Source: a virus
Taxonomy: Duplodnaviria; Caudoviricetes
IMG/VR virus record: IMGVR_UViG_3300043173_000175
Span: 1 to 56,477 of that record
Strand: one strand, 5' to 3'
DNA length: 56,477 nucleotides
Shown here: positions 1 to 9,697 of the stretch, piece after piece
Position numbering within the stretch: the first letter of the stretch is position 1
Layout: the number at the start of each line of letters is the position of its first letter
Translations under genes and position numbers: made by a program
Notes under the pieces: model-generated
The model's database searches: none
Seen by the model: the letters and a program-made list of their open reading frames with translations, nothing else
Told to the model about the DNA's origin: nothing

Positions 1-603
1 CGAATGAAAGCCGACGCCAAGCTCCTGCGTGGAAAGGTAGTCGTCATCGAACTCAGTAGATCCGACGCGCATCGTGACCGTGCCGCGAACGACCGTGACG
101 TTAAGAGCGTGTTCCTTGCCCCGATCGCCTACGGCTATCGAAACGTCCTGAGTCCTGCGAGCAGCCAGATCCCCGGTGCCGATCAGAGATAGAACCCAGC
201 CATGCACGGCATCGTTCTTGTTGGTCGATACGGCTCCAGACTCATCGCGATCAGTCCATGTCGTCAAGGCGGTAAAGCCCGGTTCCGTCACCAAAGAGGA
301 GACATTCGGCCTCGAGATCAGGACGTCATCGATGCGTACCCGCAACAGGTTGTTGGTGAGTTCGATCTGAGCGGTGTCATCAACACCAAACGTGAACGGG
401 AGCTGGCGGGCCTTGTTGTTGCTCTGAGAATTATCGATGAACCCCATACCGGGCCTGAGCATCATGGATCCGAGCACCCTGGGCATCCAGTTTGACTGGA
501 TCTCGCCCGACATGGCCATGCGCTCGAGGTCGATCCGGGCAAGGCCCTTAGCGTCGATAACGCCTCGGTTGAAGGCGAGAATCTCTGTGTTTTGGTCGGT
601 CAT
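1..603 (-). CDS. Tail tubular protein B / stabilisation protein, N-terminal part (runs off window)
   Basis: Read manually: ATG overlaps the tube A stop; MTDQNTEILAFNRGVIDAKGLARIDLERMAMSGEIQSNWMPRVLGSMMLRPG resembles the N-terminus of T7 gp12/P22 gp10-type proteins; gene order fits. Confidence 0.75.
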   Translation of the reverse strand, partial: MTDQNTEILAFNRGVIDAKGLARIDLERMAMSGEIQSNWMPRVLGSMMLRPGMGFIDNSQSNNKARQLPFTFGVDDTAQIELTNNLLRVRIDDVLISRPNVSSLVTEPGFTALTTWTDRDESGAVSTNKNDAVHGWVLSLIGTGDLAARRTQDVSIAVGDRGKEHALNVTVVRGTVTMRVGSTEFDDDYLSTQELGVGFHS

Positions 604-1250
604 CAGCCGATCAATCGGCTGCGATTACCACGGTCAGTCGTGCCGGATCTGAAGCCTTGCCGAGACTGAGCCCAGCCGCCTTTTGGCGGGAACTTCGCAG
701 GCGACTCCATGGCGTCAGTTGCCTTGGCTTTCAGCAGCGACCGTTCGAACTTGGCCTCCATGGTGCGTTCCTTCATGTCGAGCCCGACAATCCGAGGGGC
801 CACCTTGTACGCCAGATAGTGCTCCACAAATTCAGTGAAATTCGCCGGCCAGAGCGAGAAGTCATTGCCGAATTGCTCATCGCTGGACACGTACTTGAGG
901 TAGATCAGCTCGGTGTCACAGAAAATCCAGTTGCCCTCGTCGGAGTAGCGCGTGATCGGCTGATTAAAGTACTCGTCGTAGCAGACCATCATCGTGCGCA
1001 CGAAGTCTGCTGGCGGCTTGTCGAATGCGAACTGGTAGCCGAAGGACGGCGTCACCGAGGGGGATGCGGCCAGCTCCACTGAGCGAGCTGCAAAATTCCA
1101 CTGGCCCATCTGCAGACAGCGCAAAATCATGTCGTTGTCCCAGATGTCCTCGAGCTGGAATCGCGGCTCGCGATTTTCGTCGAGATCCGCAAGTTTACGC
1201 TCACCCAAGATGTTCAGGGCGCCGTTGTAAATCGAGAGTCTATCGGTCAT
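603..1250 (-). CDS. Tail tubular protein A (T7 gp11-like)
   Basis: I.N.AL..LGE start, WNFA, FGYQFAF..P.DF.R motifs; downstream of capsid. Confidence 0.8.
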   Translation of the reverse strand: MTDRLSIYNGALNILGERKLADLDENREPRFQLEDIWDNDMILRCLQMGQWNFAARSVELAASPSVTPSFGYQFAFDKPPADFVRTMMVCYDEYFNQPITRYSDEGNWIFCDTELIYLKYVSSDEQFGNDFSLWPANFTEFVEHYLAYKVAPRIVGLDMKERTMEAKFERSLLKAKATDAMESPAKFPPKGGWAQSRQGFRSGTTDRGNRSRLIG

Positions 1251-1301
1251 GTCCTGCTCCAGGCCAGCGCATCCCTGCGCTTGTGTTCAATCCTTGATCG
1301 G

Positions 1302-1871
1302 CTACTTGGGCACCGACCTGTTTACAGCCATTTCATGCTGTTGGGCGGCGCGTTGTGCCAAGGCCTCGGTTGCGAAGCCGTCGCGCATCATCTTGCCTTC
1401 ACGCAAGAATCGGTACTTATGCACCGGGCCGGCATATTCGACCTTGTAGATCGACGGCAGCGCTTCACGTGCGATTGCAGGGACCAGATCGTAGTACACC
1501 TTTTTGTGAACGTGCGCGAAGTTCGGGCCGACATTGACGATATTGAGAACCAGCTCCCATGCTGAATCGTCAGGCCTGACAATCAGCGTATCGCCCGGAA
1601 TCAGGCGAGTGGTCAGGTGAGCCCAGAACCCTTCATCCATGCACTGTTCAGGCGTGACGCCCTGCTTCACAGTGATGCGGAAGTGAGTATTTATCTCAGC
1701 ATCCAGGGCCATGCGGTGCATGGTCACCGGCTCGGCTTTCTTGACTACAGTCAGCTCAGGGGCCGCAGCCTCAGGTTCCGCGTCCACTTCCGGTTTTTCA
1801 TCAATCGGTGTGGAATTTTCGGAAGTATCCGGCTCAGGAGTCGGTACATCTTTTTTCTTTGCTTCAGCCAT
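1302..1871 (-). CDS. Hypothetical virion-module protein
   Basis: 189 aa ORF with GGAG RBS, colinear with structural genes. Confidence 0.6.
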   Translation of the reverse strand: MAEAKKKDVPTPEPDTSENSTPIDEKPEVDAEPEAAAPELTVVKKAEPVTMHRMALDAEINTHFRITVKQGVTPEQCMDEGFWAHLTTRLIPGDTLIVRPDDSAWELVLNIVNVGPNFAHVHKKVYYDLVPAIAREALPSIYKVEYAGPVHKYRFLREGKMMRDGFATEALAQRAAQQHEMAVNRSVPK

Positions 1872-1882
1872 TCATCTTCTCC

Positions 1883-1920
1883 AAACAAGAAAGGAGCAGA
1901 CCCGGAATGAGTCTGCCCCT
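1883..1920 (-). terminator. Rho-independent terminator after capsid and adjacent gene
   Basis: Minus strand GGGGCAGAC...GTCTGCTCC stem followed by TTTCTTGTTT. Confidence 0.65.
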
Positions 1921-1952
1921 CGCATTGTCGCGCAAAGCGTCCCGCTCCGCTA

Positions 1953-2249
1953 CTACGGGTTGCTGACCGTGATAAACGTCACCAGACCTGCAGCGGATAC
2001 CGTGTTGACCTGTTTCCACGACGAGTCCACGGTGTCCTCCACGAAAATGACGATGTCGCCGACCTTCAGGCCTTTGTCATTGCCATCCGTGATGTAGTTG
2101 TCGGCCACCATCGTCGCCAAGTCGCCGTCGCCGGTTATCTGGCGATACGACCAAAGGGCAACTGAGTAACCGCCATCGTCTGCAGCGAGGTTGTCGCCTG
2201 TGCCAAGGCGCGGGATCATCTGTACTAAATTATCAGGTTTGTAAGCCAC
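1953..2249 (-). CDS. Small protein after capsid, possible decoration/cement protein
   Basis: 98 aa, GTG start with AGGAG RBS, directly after the capsid gene and before a terminator. Confidence 0.5.
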   Translation of the reverse strand: MAYKPDNLVQMIPRLGTGDNLAADDGGYSVALWSYRQITGDGDLATMVADNYITDGNDKGLKVGDIVIFVEDTVDSSWKQVNTVSAAGLVTFITVSNP

Positions 2250-2260
2250 GATAGAATCTC

Positions 2261-3121
2261 CTATGCAGCAGCGAGAGCAGAGCCGTCATGTGCAACGATG
2301 CACACGCCAGAATTCTGCAAGAGCTGTGAGCCCATGTAAATGCTGCAACGAGCCCAGGAATAATCCTGTTCCTCGTCGTAGCCCGCTTTTGCTTCCAGAT
2401 CGTCAGCGTTGTAGGCATGGCCGATCGCTGACTTGTGGAACATATAGCATTCCTCAGTCGCGCTACCGGGGCCGCCGCCACCGTTCAGATTAGGATGCAC
2501 GATCCAGTTGATACCGAGCCAACGGTACGCAACAGGACGATCACGCCATGCCGGATCCGCTGCATCGAACGGCCCGTTCATGGTGTAGTCGCGAGAACTA
2601 AAATCATTCTCGCCCATCATGTAGGCCTCGTAAGCAGGGGTTACGACAAAGGTGATGTTACCGTCCCACGGCACATCGTTGTTGCCCAGAACCGTCTTGG
2701 CCCGCAACGTGCGAAGTGTGTTCGCAACGACTGCAGCGCCGATATTGACAGTGGTCGTGGCAAGCTCGCTGAGGATGTCCTGATCGATCTTACGATTGAT
2801 GACACCCATCGACGTTTTCTGCATGATCGCCCGCTGGTTGCCCTGCGATGCGAAGATGTTGAAATCCGTCTTACGAACCAGATCATGCCATTCGACCAAG
2901 GTCGCGACAGGCTGGGTCAGGTTATCGCCACGAGCCGGAATCAATCCGTTCACGCCGCGAGTCTTGGCGGTTGCGCCGCCAGAATCAGCTACCAAGAAAG
3001 TCGCCTGATTGCCTTTGATGACCGCTTCCGTGGTCGTAAAGGATCTCAGGAGAGACTGGAGCTGCTCGAAACCGGAGATGAATTCCTGCCGGTATTGAAT
3101 TTGAAATGCTGTTTCAGCCAT
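2261..3121 (-). CDS. Major capsid protein
   Basis: 286 aa after scaffold; Q..S.LR, R..D..I, WLG..WI.H and HKSAIG motifs typical of podovirus capsids. Confidence 0.85.
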   Translation of the reverse strand: MAETAFQIQYRQEFISGFEQLQSLLRSFTTTEAVIKGNQATFLVADSGGATAKTRGVNGLIPARGDNLTQPVATLVEWHDLVRKTDFNIFASQGNQRAIMQKTSMGVINRKIDQDILSELATTTVNIGAAVVANTLRTLRAKTVLGNNDVPWDGNITFVVTPAYEAYMMGENDFSSRDYTMNGPFDAADPAWRDRPVAYRWLGINWIVHPNLNGGGGPGSATEECYMFHKSAIGHAYNADDLEAKAGYDEEQDYSWARCSIYMGSQLLQNSGVCIVAHDGSALAAA

Positions 3122-3285
3122 TTGGCTTCTCCCAGATGAAAAGAATAATCCGTTATTCCACTATCGGGTTGGCCTGATTGGCTGTGAGAGGGTTAGCCTT
3201 GCGGGGCCGCTCACATTGCCGGCTCAGGGGCCGGGGAGTCGGTCAGGGCTCAGAGGAGGTTGGCTGACCTTGGTGTGGTATGCGA

Positions 3286-3314
3286 AATTTAAGACAAGCG
3301 GCCCGCCGTGTCAA
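3286..3314 (-). promoter_or_regulatory. sigma70-type promoter for the capsid gene
   Basis: TTGACA-17 nt-TAAATT on the minus strand, intergenic, ~165 nt before the capsid ATG. Confidence 0.7.
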
Positions 3315-3333
3315 CAGGCCGCTGGCCTTTTAA

Positions 3334-3564
3334 CTATCGCCCCGCGGCTGAGTCGGTGTAGACCTGTCGAGCCATGGGCGTTTTGGCCTTTCTGGCATCG
3401 CGGATCTTCTTGTCAGCAATCTGCGCATCAGTCATGGGCGTCACTCCAATCTTACCCTCACCCAGCTCAGGATCGCCCTTGTGCTTCTGGTACTCACGGA
3501 TGTCGCCCCAGTGCCTTGCGACACTTGTCCAGCGAGAGCCATCTCTTCCCCACAGGCGGGCCAT
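3334..3564 (-). CDS. Small basic hypothetical protein
   Basis: 76 aa, start coupled to the upstream stop. Confidence 0.5.
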   Translation of the reverse strand: MARLWGRDGSRWTSVARHWGDIREYQKHKGDPELGEGKIGVTPMTDAQIADKKIRDARKAKTPMARQVYTDSAAGR

Positions 3565-3815
3565 TATGGTGCCATCGGTGTACGGGCCCCACCGAGCCTC
3601 TTGTTAAGCCTTTGGCCCGGTCGGTTGCCCGGTAGCGGAGCCGCTCCGGGAGCCTGACCCGGCTTGATGCCAGTGTATTGCTCAGAGGCACCGGGCGCCC
3701 CGGTTTTGCTGTAATGGCCGCCCTCTCTGAGCTTGGCCTCCTTTGCTTTCTGCTTGGCCGATTTTTTACCCGAGGCCTTAGTGGTGGCTAACGCCATGGT
3801 TTCGAGTGAGCCCAT
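3564..3815 (-). CDS. Small basic hypothetical protein
   Basis: 83 aa, AAGGAG RBS. Confidence 0.5.
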   Translation of the reverse strand: MGSLETMALATTKASGKKSAKQKAKEAKLREGGHYSKTGAPGASEQYTGIKPGQAPGAAPLPGNRPGQRLNKRLGGARTPMAP

Positions 3816-3827
3816 TACCGCATCTCC

Positions 3828-4796
3828 TTATGCTGCTGCTGCCTGATCGATCCTGATTTGATAGAGCTGGCGCAGACGCTCCTGCTTGCCAACATCCTTG
3901 TTGTACTCGGTGCGGTGCTCTGACATGAATTTCTCGAGTTCGGAGATCTCGTCATTGAGAGTCTGGCTCGGATCATGCCCTGGAGGTGTGATCTGGTGGA
4001 TCGGATTGAGCGCACGAGCCATCTCGGCGAACCCCTTGAGCACCTTGGGATCGTTGAGGAAGGCCCTGCCGTCAGCGTAGCGACCATTCAAGAGCTGTTC
4101 CTTGGCGTCCTTGCCGAATTGACCCTCGAGCAGACCGTGAACCAGATTCAGATTCGCCTGATAATCGGCGCCCCACGCGCCGCGCAGCTCAGTCGTCGTT
4201 TCAGCGGAATGATCGTCGTCAAGCGCAAGCTGGATCGCCTGCTGCTGCTCAGCAAAGCCGTTGTACCACTCGAGGGTCGCGTGAGCGATCTCGGGAGGCG
4301 CATTATGGCCGTGAATCGCCAAGAGGTAGTCCTCGAAAATCTCCTTGTCGTTCTCACCCAGGACCAGCCCCTCCGGCAGATTCTCCAGATAGCCGGAAGG
4401 CTCCAGCGGAATGCCGTTCTCTTCGCGGTAGGCCTTGACGTCATCCTCGGTCGCGTCGTCCTTGAGGGCCGCTTTCAGATTGCCGGAGCGAATCGTCTGC
4501 TGGGCCTCGCGGAACGAATTACCGTAGTCCAGCGCCGCGTTGAAGCGCTGCAGCTCCGCGTAATACTTGTCATCGTCGCCGGCAATGCCGCGGCGCCAGT
4601 CCAGCGCTGTGTCATTGGCCTCGAAAAACTTCTCAGGTGTCTCAAAGGCTTTCATCGCCTCAGCGCGTTCGGCGTTATCGCCGACGATCGTCGTCGACCA
4701 GTGCTCCTCGCCCGGGTTGATCGTGGTTACTACGGGCTTGCCCGTTGTTGGGTCTAATGTTGGGTCTACTGTTGGGTCTACTACTGGATCAGGCAT
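3828..4796 (-). CDS. Capsid assembly/scaffolding protein
   Basis: Acidic helical 322 aa protein with L...WG.DY..N motif, between portal and capsid. Confidence 0.7.
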   Translation of the reverse strand: MPDPVVDPTVDPTLDPTTGKPVVTTINPGEEHWSTTIVGDNAERAEAMKAFETPEKFFEANDTALDWRRGIAGDDDKYYAELQRFNAALDYGNSFREAQQTIRSGNLKAALKDDATEDDVKAYREENGIPLEPSGYLENLPEGLVLGENDKEIFEDYLLAIHGHNAPPEIAHATLEWYNGFAEQQQAIQLALDDDHSAETTTELRGAWGADYQANLNLVHGLLEGQFGKDAKEQLLNGRYADGRAFLNDPKVLKGFAEMARALNPIHQITPPGHDPSQTLNDEISELEKFMSEHRTEYNKDVGKQERLRQLYQIRIDQAAAA

Positions 4797-5142
4797 GTCC
4801 TTGTTCCTCAGATTGTGTTGATCGCCTTGCCGCGATCTTGTCGGGATCCGTCCTCGTGGGTGCCGACCTTAACATCCATATGAAAGTCGTTCCGACAAAG
4901 CGCTTGCCAGCGGCAAACGCGGTCGCATGTGTATCTCCGGGCCGATAGGTCTCGTCGTGAGTACCAGCCGCCCGTATCCAAAAATCACACAAAAGCCGTT
5001 GCTGGCGCGCATCGGCCTCGCCACGATGGACCGCACGGAGAGCCTGAATTTCGGCCTCCGTGTAGTCCGGTCGCACCAAAGGATCTTTGTGCGGCAGACA
5101 TTCGTCGATCGACCGCTGGATTTGTGTGAATTCTGGCTTCAT
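4789..5142 (-). CDS. Bbp19-like phage protein
   Basis: D..ATAF..G.R.VG motif, immediately after portal as in BPP-1-like phages. Confidence 0.6.
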   Translation of the reverse strand: MKPEFTQIQRSIDECLPHKDPLVRPDYTEAEIQALRAVHRGEADARQQRLLCDFWIRAAGTHDETYRPGDTHATAFAAGKRFVGTTFIWMLRSAPTRTDPDKIAARRSTQSEEQGHA

Positions 5143-6764
5143 TGCTCCATAGCCTGCTGAGCCTGAGCCGCATCACGAGCTGCCACCGCCCCGCCCTTGG
5201 CGAGTTCGACTTGCTCCTCCATCTCGGCCTGCTCTGCCTGCGCCGCGACAATCTCCTTAACCTGATCCAGGGTGCGCATGTGCTTGGCTTGCACACCAAT
5301 GGCCTCGAGAGAATCGCGAAGCTGCAAACCCATATCCACATGAGCGCCAGCAACAGGATCGAATGCCATCGCCCGCTCAATGAGATCGGCAGACTCGAGG
5401 AATGTCGAGGCCTCTTTGCGCTCGATCGCCTCGTGCAGCGGAGATACAAATTTGAAGTGAATATCCCGACCCTGCAGCTCTCGCGGCATGTCCTGGAGAG
5501 ATCCGAAAGTGCCAGCGCGCAGAAGGCCGTCGAAGGTATCTTCACAAAGTTGGCCGTTGTATTCATGCTCCATCGGCTCGAATAGTGGCAAGGCTGCCCT
5601 GACGTACTCCTCCACGCGCTGACCCGTTTCGAACGCTGTCATGTCGCCCTCAGGCGGCGGCAGCGTTAGTTTGTTGATGTAAAACGCCTCGGCGAGCATC
5701 GACATCTGCGTGTCGCGCTGCTCAAAGCCACGCGGCAAACCACGACGATCCTGAGTGATAGGCCTCAGGACGTCGCCCTTGCGCTCGTCGTACTCGACGT
5801 CAGCCCAAGTGATGCCGCCAGAATAAAGCTGGACGTCGCCGCGAACGGCGTCTTGAGTGGCGATCATAGGGGGTCTGACCGACATCTCACCAGCCTCCAA
5901 CAGCGTCAGGCTCATCGCTTGCAGTAAACGGGCATCCGGCAACCCGGCAACAGCGGCAGGGGAATACGCATATTGCGAGCCGGAGACCGTCTGCCAGCGC
6001 GGGAGGGTGATGCCGTGACTGAAGAGGCCGACCTCGCCCATAATGTGCATATTGGCGACGTCCAGATACACCATGATCCACGGATAGCCCTCACCCTCAC
6101 CATTCTGGCCGCGGTAAATGTCCGTGGAAACTGCGAGCCGCATACACTGGTGCTTGCTCAGCGACTCCTTGTGATCCTTTTTCGAAACCTCGTAATGCAG
6201 GTTGAGGTTCATCTCCTTGAGCTGCTTGATGGTCGGCTTCCACTTAATGTAGATCTCGCCGATCGAACCGTCAGCCATCTCAGCCCACGCAACATCCCTG
6301 AGGTGCCACGTGCGATACAGCAAATGCGGCCTCATCGCGTGATACACCATCTCGCGAGTAATGCAGCACTGGCCGGTCAGCGCGAAATCAGCATCGCCCT
6401 CACTGGTGGCGCGGATAAACTGCGAGCGCCGATCGTACATCATCGCCCGCTGACGCTTGGTGGCCCATTGCAGCCAGCCCTTTGCCTCTTGGCCCAGATC
6501 CTCGTAACCGTCGACCGAGGTCTCAAACCACGCTTTCGCCCTGGGCCTGAGCATCGCCGCAAACGAATTCGATAGGTCGCGGTGCACAAGAATCGGATAA
6601 CTCGAGTACAGGTGCTCGGCGAATTCCTCGCCAATGTACCGGTTGATCGTGAAATCGGCCCGCTGCGGATAGAAGTTTTCAGCGAGTTCCTGCCACAGCG
6701 TCGTGATGGCTTTTCGATCTTTGAAAAGCTGCATCCCGCGCAGAATCAGATCTTGCGGTCTCAT
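5139..6764 (-). CDS. Portal / head-to-tail connector
   Basis: 541 aa; WQELAE..YP.R, RW....G..Y..SPA...LPD...L and MTA.E...R motifs. Confidence 0.9.
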   Translation of the reverse strand: MRPQDLILRGMQLFKDRKAITTLWQELAENFYPQRADFTINRYIGEEFAEHLYSSYPILVHRDLSNSFAAMLRPRAKAWFETSVDGYEDLGQEAKGWLQWATKRQRAMMYDRRSQFIRATSEGDADFALTGQCCITREMVYHAMRPHLLYRTWHLRDVAWAEMADGSIGEIYIKWKPTIKQLKEMNLNLHYEVSKKDHKESLSKHQCMRLAVSTDIYRGQNGEGEGYPWIMVYLDVANMHIMGEVGLFSHGITLPRWQTVSGSQYAYSPAAVAGLPDARLLQAMSLTLLEAGEMSVRPPMIATQDAVRGDVQLYSGGITWADVEYDERKGDVLRPITQDRRGLPRGFEQRDTQMSMLAEAFYINKLTLPPPEGDMTAFETGQRVEEYVRAALPLFEPMEHEYNGQLCEDTFDGLLRAGTFGSLQDMPRELQGRDIHFKFVSPLHEAIERKEASTFLESADLIERAMAFDPVAGAHVDMGLQLRDSLEAIGVQAKHMRTLDQVKEIVAAQAEQAEMEEQVELAKGGAVAARDAAQAQQAMEQ

Positions 6765-7108
6765 TATGGCGTTCCGATTGCGCCCACCGTGAAGTCAAAT
6801 GTCGGCGTTGCGCTGCCGCCAATGACCTGCACACAGCGGATCCGTAGCGCGTTGACCGCGAACGTGATGCGCTCATTGGTAACACCAGTGGCTTCAGTAA
6901 ATGCAGCGCCAGCGATGTCGTACCACTTCTCGGAGGCCTGATCCCATTCCTGAAATTTCACGTTCAGCGTTTCGGCGGTGCCGCTATTCCCGGTGACATC
7001 GAGGAAGGCTGAAAAGTTTTTGGATTCGCCAACTCCGCGATCGTTGTTGGCGGTGCCGAGGCCTTGGCCAACGGCCTGAACAAAAATAATTTCCTGTTTA
7101 CGTGCCAT
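6764..7108 (-). CDS. Hypothetical beta-rich virion-associated protein
   Basis: 114 aa, AAGGAG RBS. Confidence 0.55.
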   Translation of the reverse strand: MARKQEIIFVQAVGQGLGTANNDRGVGESKNFSAFLDVTGNSGTAETLNVKFQEWDQASEKWYDIAGAAFTEATGVTNERITFAVNALRIRCVQVIGGSATPTFDFTVGAIGTP

Positions 7109-7119
7109 GGTGGATCTCC

Positions 7120-7362
7120 TTATCCGAGCCTATCTTCCTCGGTGAGTACAGTTTTTGCGCGGGAGCCACTTCTCATGGCGGCTTTGCGACGTTCGTTGCG
7201 TTTGATGACTTCCTCGTCTGGGACTTCGGCGCTGTGGAATATCTTGTCTTTGCCCTTTTGGATTTTCGCCTCTTTTTCGAGCTGGACTTCGCGATTGGTT
7301 TTGTAGCCCTTACCTACGCCCAGATTCCAGAGTCGCTTGCCGGTGTTTTTCAATCCACTCAT
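7120..7362 (-). CDS. Small basic hypothetical protein
   Basis: ATG at 7362 overlaps the terL stop (ATGA); typical small gene between terL and portal. Confidence 0.55.
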   Translation of the reverse strand: MSGLKNTGKRLWNLGVGKGYKTNREVQLEKEAKIQKGKDKIFHSAEVPDEEVIKRNERRKAAMRSGSRAKTVLTEEDRLG

Positions 7363-9002
7363 CGCCCTCTCCTGTGGCCTTTCCTTGGCCCGTAGTTTAC
7401 TTGCGGCCTGCGCTTGTCGGCCATAGTACCCACTCTCTGATCGGGCCGCCAATCTGGCAGTAATGCCTGTGACTTGTCGCCCTCGCTCCAGCACATCTGC
7501 ACGGCATCGCCGCGATCCGGTGAGCGCTTGAGTAATTTCACGACATCCTTTTTCGGTGTGACCTTGATGCCATTGGGCGTCAGCTCCCAGTGGACTGCCG
7601 TGAGATCCGAGACAAGCATCTGATCGTCGGGCAGCGCGATCGGTGAACCACCGTCCTGCCCAGGATCCAGAGCCTCGCGAAAGCGCCAGATGATCTCTGC
7701 TCGCTTGTTGAAAAATCGCAACTTCTGGTCGACCGTGCGCCGAATCGACTTGTCCATGCCCAGATGCACGTGAATGTCCATGCCCTTTTCTTTGAGATGG
7801 CCTGCGGCCTGTGCACCTGTTGTCTCACCGCCATCGAAGATGATTTTCGCCGCATTGCGGTGATGCTTGACCACGTAGCCGGCCAGATCCGAACCGTGTG
7901 GCTCAGTGCCCTCACTGGCAATATCGCGGCCCTTACAGACTAAAAGCGGCGCGAACCAGCCATCGTGACGCCGTGCGATCGCGATGTCGTCGACGCCGCG
8001 GGCACCGTCAACACCAAGCGCGCATTGGGGGATCTGAAACGGCGGGTCGGGTCGCCAGCGAGCTTGCGCCAGTCGGATCCACTCGGTCGGGATAACCTGT
8101 TCAGGATCATCCTGGCGAGCCGCCATGAAGTTGCCATCTCGGATCGCCGAGCGCAGCGGCTCGGGTAGAGCGTCCAACTGTGCGGCGTAACCCGAATCAG
8201 CGTAGAACGGATTGTCACTAAGAGTGCCGGGTATGAAGGTTCGCGACATAGGAATGAGAAACCGGGTCGTGCCGTCATCATTGAATTGACCACTATCGAT
8301 TTTTGCATCGGGCCCCGAGACCCAGAAGTCCTGACCGTCCTCATCGGAAACACACCATCGCAGCTCTCCCGGCTTGGCCGGATTCGGATAGCGATTATCC
8401 AGCCACGGCGCGAACATCGGAATAATCCAGTCACCAGCCGAACTGGTCGGCGGGTTGCTGGCGAATACGGTCCTGCAGCGCTGAGTCGGATCCTCAGAGC
8501 GCACCCAGCCCATCAAAAACCTGACTTGGTCCTCGCGATTCTGCACCACCTCGTCGATCGCCAAAAGATCGTGCGCTTGGCCCTGCCAGTGCTCGTGATC
8601 GGTCGACTTAGCCAAACCACCGAAATCAATGACCTTGCCGTTCACCGTTTTCAATCTGGGCGGTATCGAGCCGTTGTAGCCCTTTTCGGTGCCATTGATC
8701 GCCTTGGCGCGGTCGGTCAGCGCGTTCAAATCGGTGTAATGCTTGCGAATAATCAGCGTTCGCTGGTGATACTCGGTCGCAAGGCCCAGGATCAGATCCG
8801 TCTTACCACAGCCACCTGAGCCGCCGTAGAGCATAATATCGGCCTTGCAATTCACCGCATCGAGCTGCTTGCCCGGTGTCGGGAACCACAGCCGGTGCGC
8901 GGAGCGCTCGCTCAAAAACTGGTCGATCTCGTTCTTTTTCTCATCCGACATGACGCCATAATTGGCCATCAAGTCCTGCATCAATGCGCTTTGTTCACTC
9001 AC
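7359..9002 (-). CDS. terL: Terminase large subunit
   Basis: Walker A YGGSGGCGKT, Walker B LLAIDE, ASNPP, nuclease GVD.A and SPDRGDA; GTG at 9002 overlapping the upstream stop is preferred to the track start at 9170. Confidence 0.92.
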   Translation of the reverse strand: MSEQSALMQDLMANYGVMSDEKKNEIDQFLSERSAHRLWFPTPGKQLDAVNCKADIMLYGGSGGCGKTDLILGLATEYHQRTLIIRKHYTDLNALTDRAKAINGTEKGYNGSIPPRLKTVNGKVIDFGGLAKSTDHEHWQGQAHDLLAIDEVVQNREDQVRFLMGWVRSEDPTQRCRTVFASNPPTSSAGDWIIPMFAPWLDNRYPNPAKPGELRWCVSDEDGQDFWVSGPDAKIDSGQFNDDGTTRFLIPMSRTFIPGTLSDNPFYADSGYAAQLDALPEPLRSAIRDGNFMAARQDDPEQVIPTEWIRLAQARWRPDPPFQIPQCALGVDGARGVDDIAIARRHDGWFAPLLVCKGRDIASEGTEPHGSDLAGYVVKHHRNAAKIIFDGGETTGAQAAGHLKEKGMDIHVHLGMDKSIRRTVDQKLRFFNKRAEIIWRFREALDPGQDGGSPIALPDDQMLVSDLTAVHWELTPNGIKVTPKKDVVKLLKRSPDRGDAVQMCWSEGDKSQALLPDWRPDQRVGTMADKRRPQVNYGPRKGHRRGR

Positions 9003-9235
9003 ATGCAGCACCCCCACAGTGGAGGACCAGAACCGACCCAGATCAACGGATAGCGCATTTCGATCGCCTCCATGCGGCGGCGAATGATGTCGGCCTTGCT
9101 CATCGGTTCGGCATCCTTGACCGTAATCATCTCGCCCTTGATCGTGACCAGCGTCCTGTCCGACAACCACACGCCTTGCTCGTCATAACGATCGAGCAAT
9201 TCCCGCTGTGCCCTGCTAAGCCAATTACTCGTCAT
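8999..9235 (-). CDS. Hypothetical protein
   Basis: 78 aa, overlaps both neighbours. Confidence 0.5.
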   Translation of the reverse strand: MTSNWLSRAQRELLDRYDEQGVWLSDRTLVTIKGEMITVKDAEPMSKADIIRRRMEAIEMRYPLIWVGSGPPLWGCCM

Positions 9236-9560
9236 CTTTTGCCCAGACCTTTTTGTAATTCATCGCGAACCACTTGGCCTCTTCGTCCGAGGCAAACTCA
9301 ATCAGTTCGCCATTGGACACCGCCTGCTGAAACGCCTCATTGGCCTCCATTTTTTTCAGCGAGCCATCTGCCATGCGCTGAATCGTAGGGTAGGCGTAGA
9401 ATTTTCCGTCAGCCTCACCAGACGCCATGAAATGCGTCCCGGTCATGCCGCCGCCCATATCGATGCTCGGCGAATTTTCAGGGTCCAGGATGCGCTTTAC
9501 AAAATCCTTTTCCTTGTTCGCCTGCAGAATCGCGTTGATTCGATCGGTTTCGTCACTCAT
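9225..9560 (-). CDS. Hypothetical protein
   Basis: 111 aa, ATGA-coupled to upstream ORF. Confidence 0.6.
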   Translation of the reverse strand: MSDETDRINAILQANKEKDFVKRILDPENSPSIDMGGGMTGTHFMASGEADGKFYAYPTIQRMADGSLKKMEANEAFQQAVSNGELIEFASDEEAKWFAMNYKKVWAKDDE

Positions 9561-9697
9561 TCCCAGTCCTCATTCGCTACCGGATCGGTCGCCGGCAACA
9601 CCGCCAGCATCACCGTGCCGTCCAGCGTAAACGCCAGATGCCGCTCACCAATCACCAAAACCCCAAAATGTGCATCATTCCAGACCCGCTCGCTCAT
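9557..9697 (-). CDS. Small hypothetical protein (46 aa)
   Basis: Read manually (MSERVWNDAHFGVLVIGERH...); ATGA overlaps at both ends. Confidence 0.45.
   Translation of the reverse strand: MSERVWNDAHFGVLVIGERHLAFTLDGTVMLAVLPATDPVANEDWE

Noticed and set aside
2233-2263. Capsid stop readthrough or frameshift into the downstream gene (T7 10B-like)
   Set aside because: The downstream ORF is out of frame, has its own AGGAG RBS, and no slippery sequence is evident
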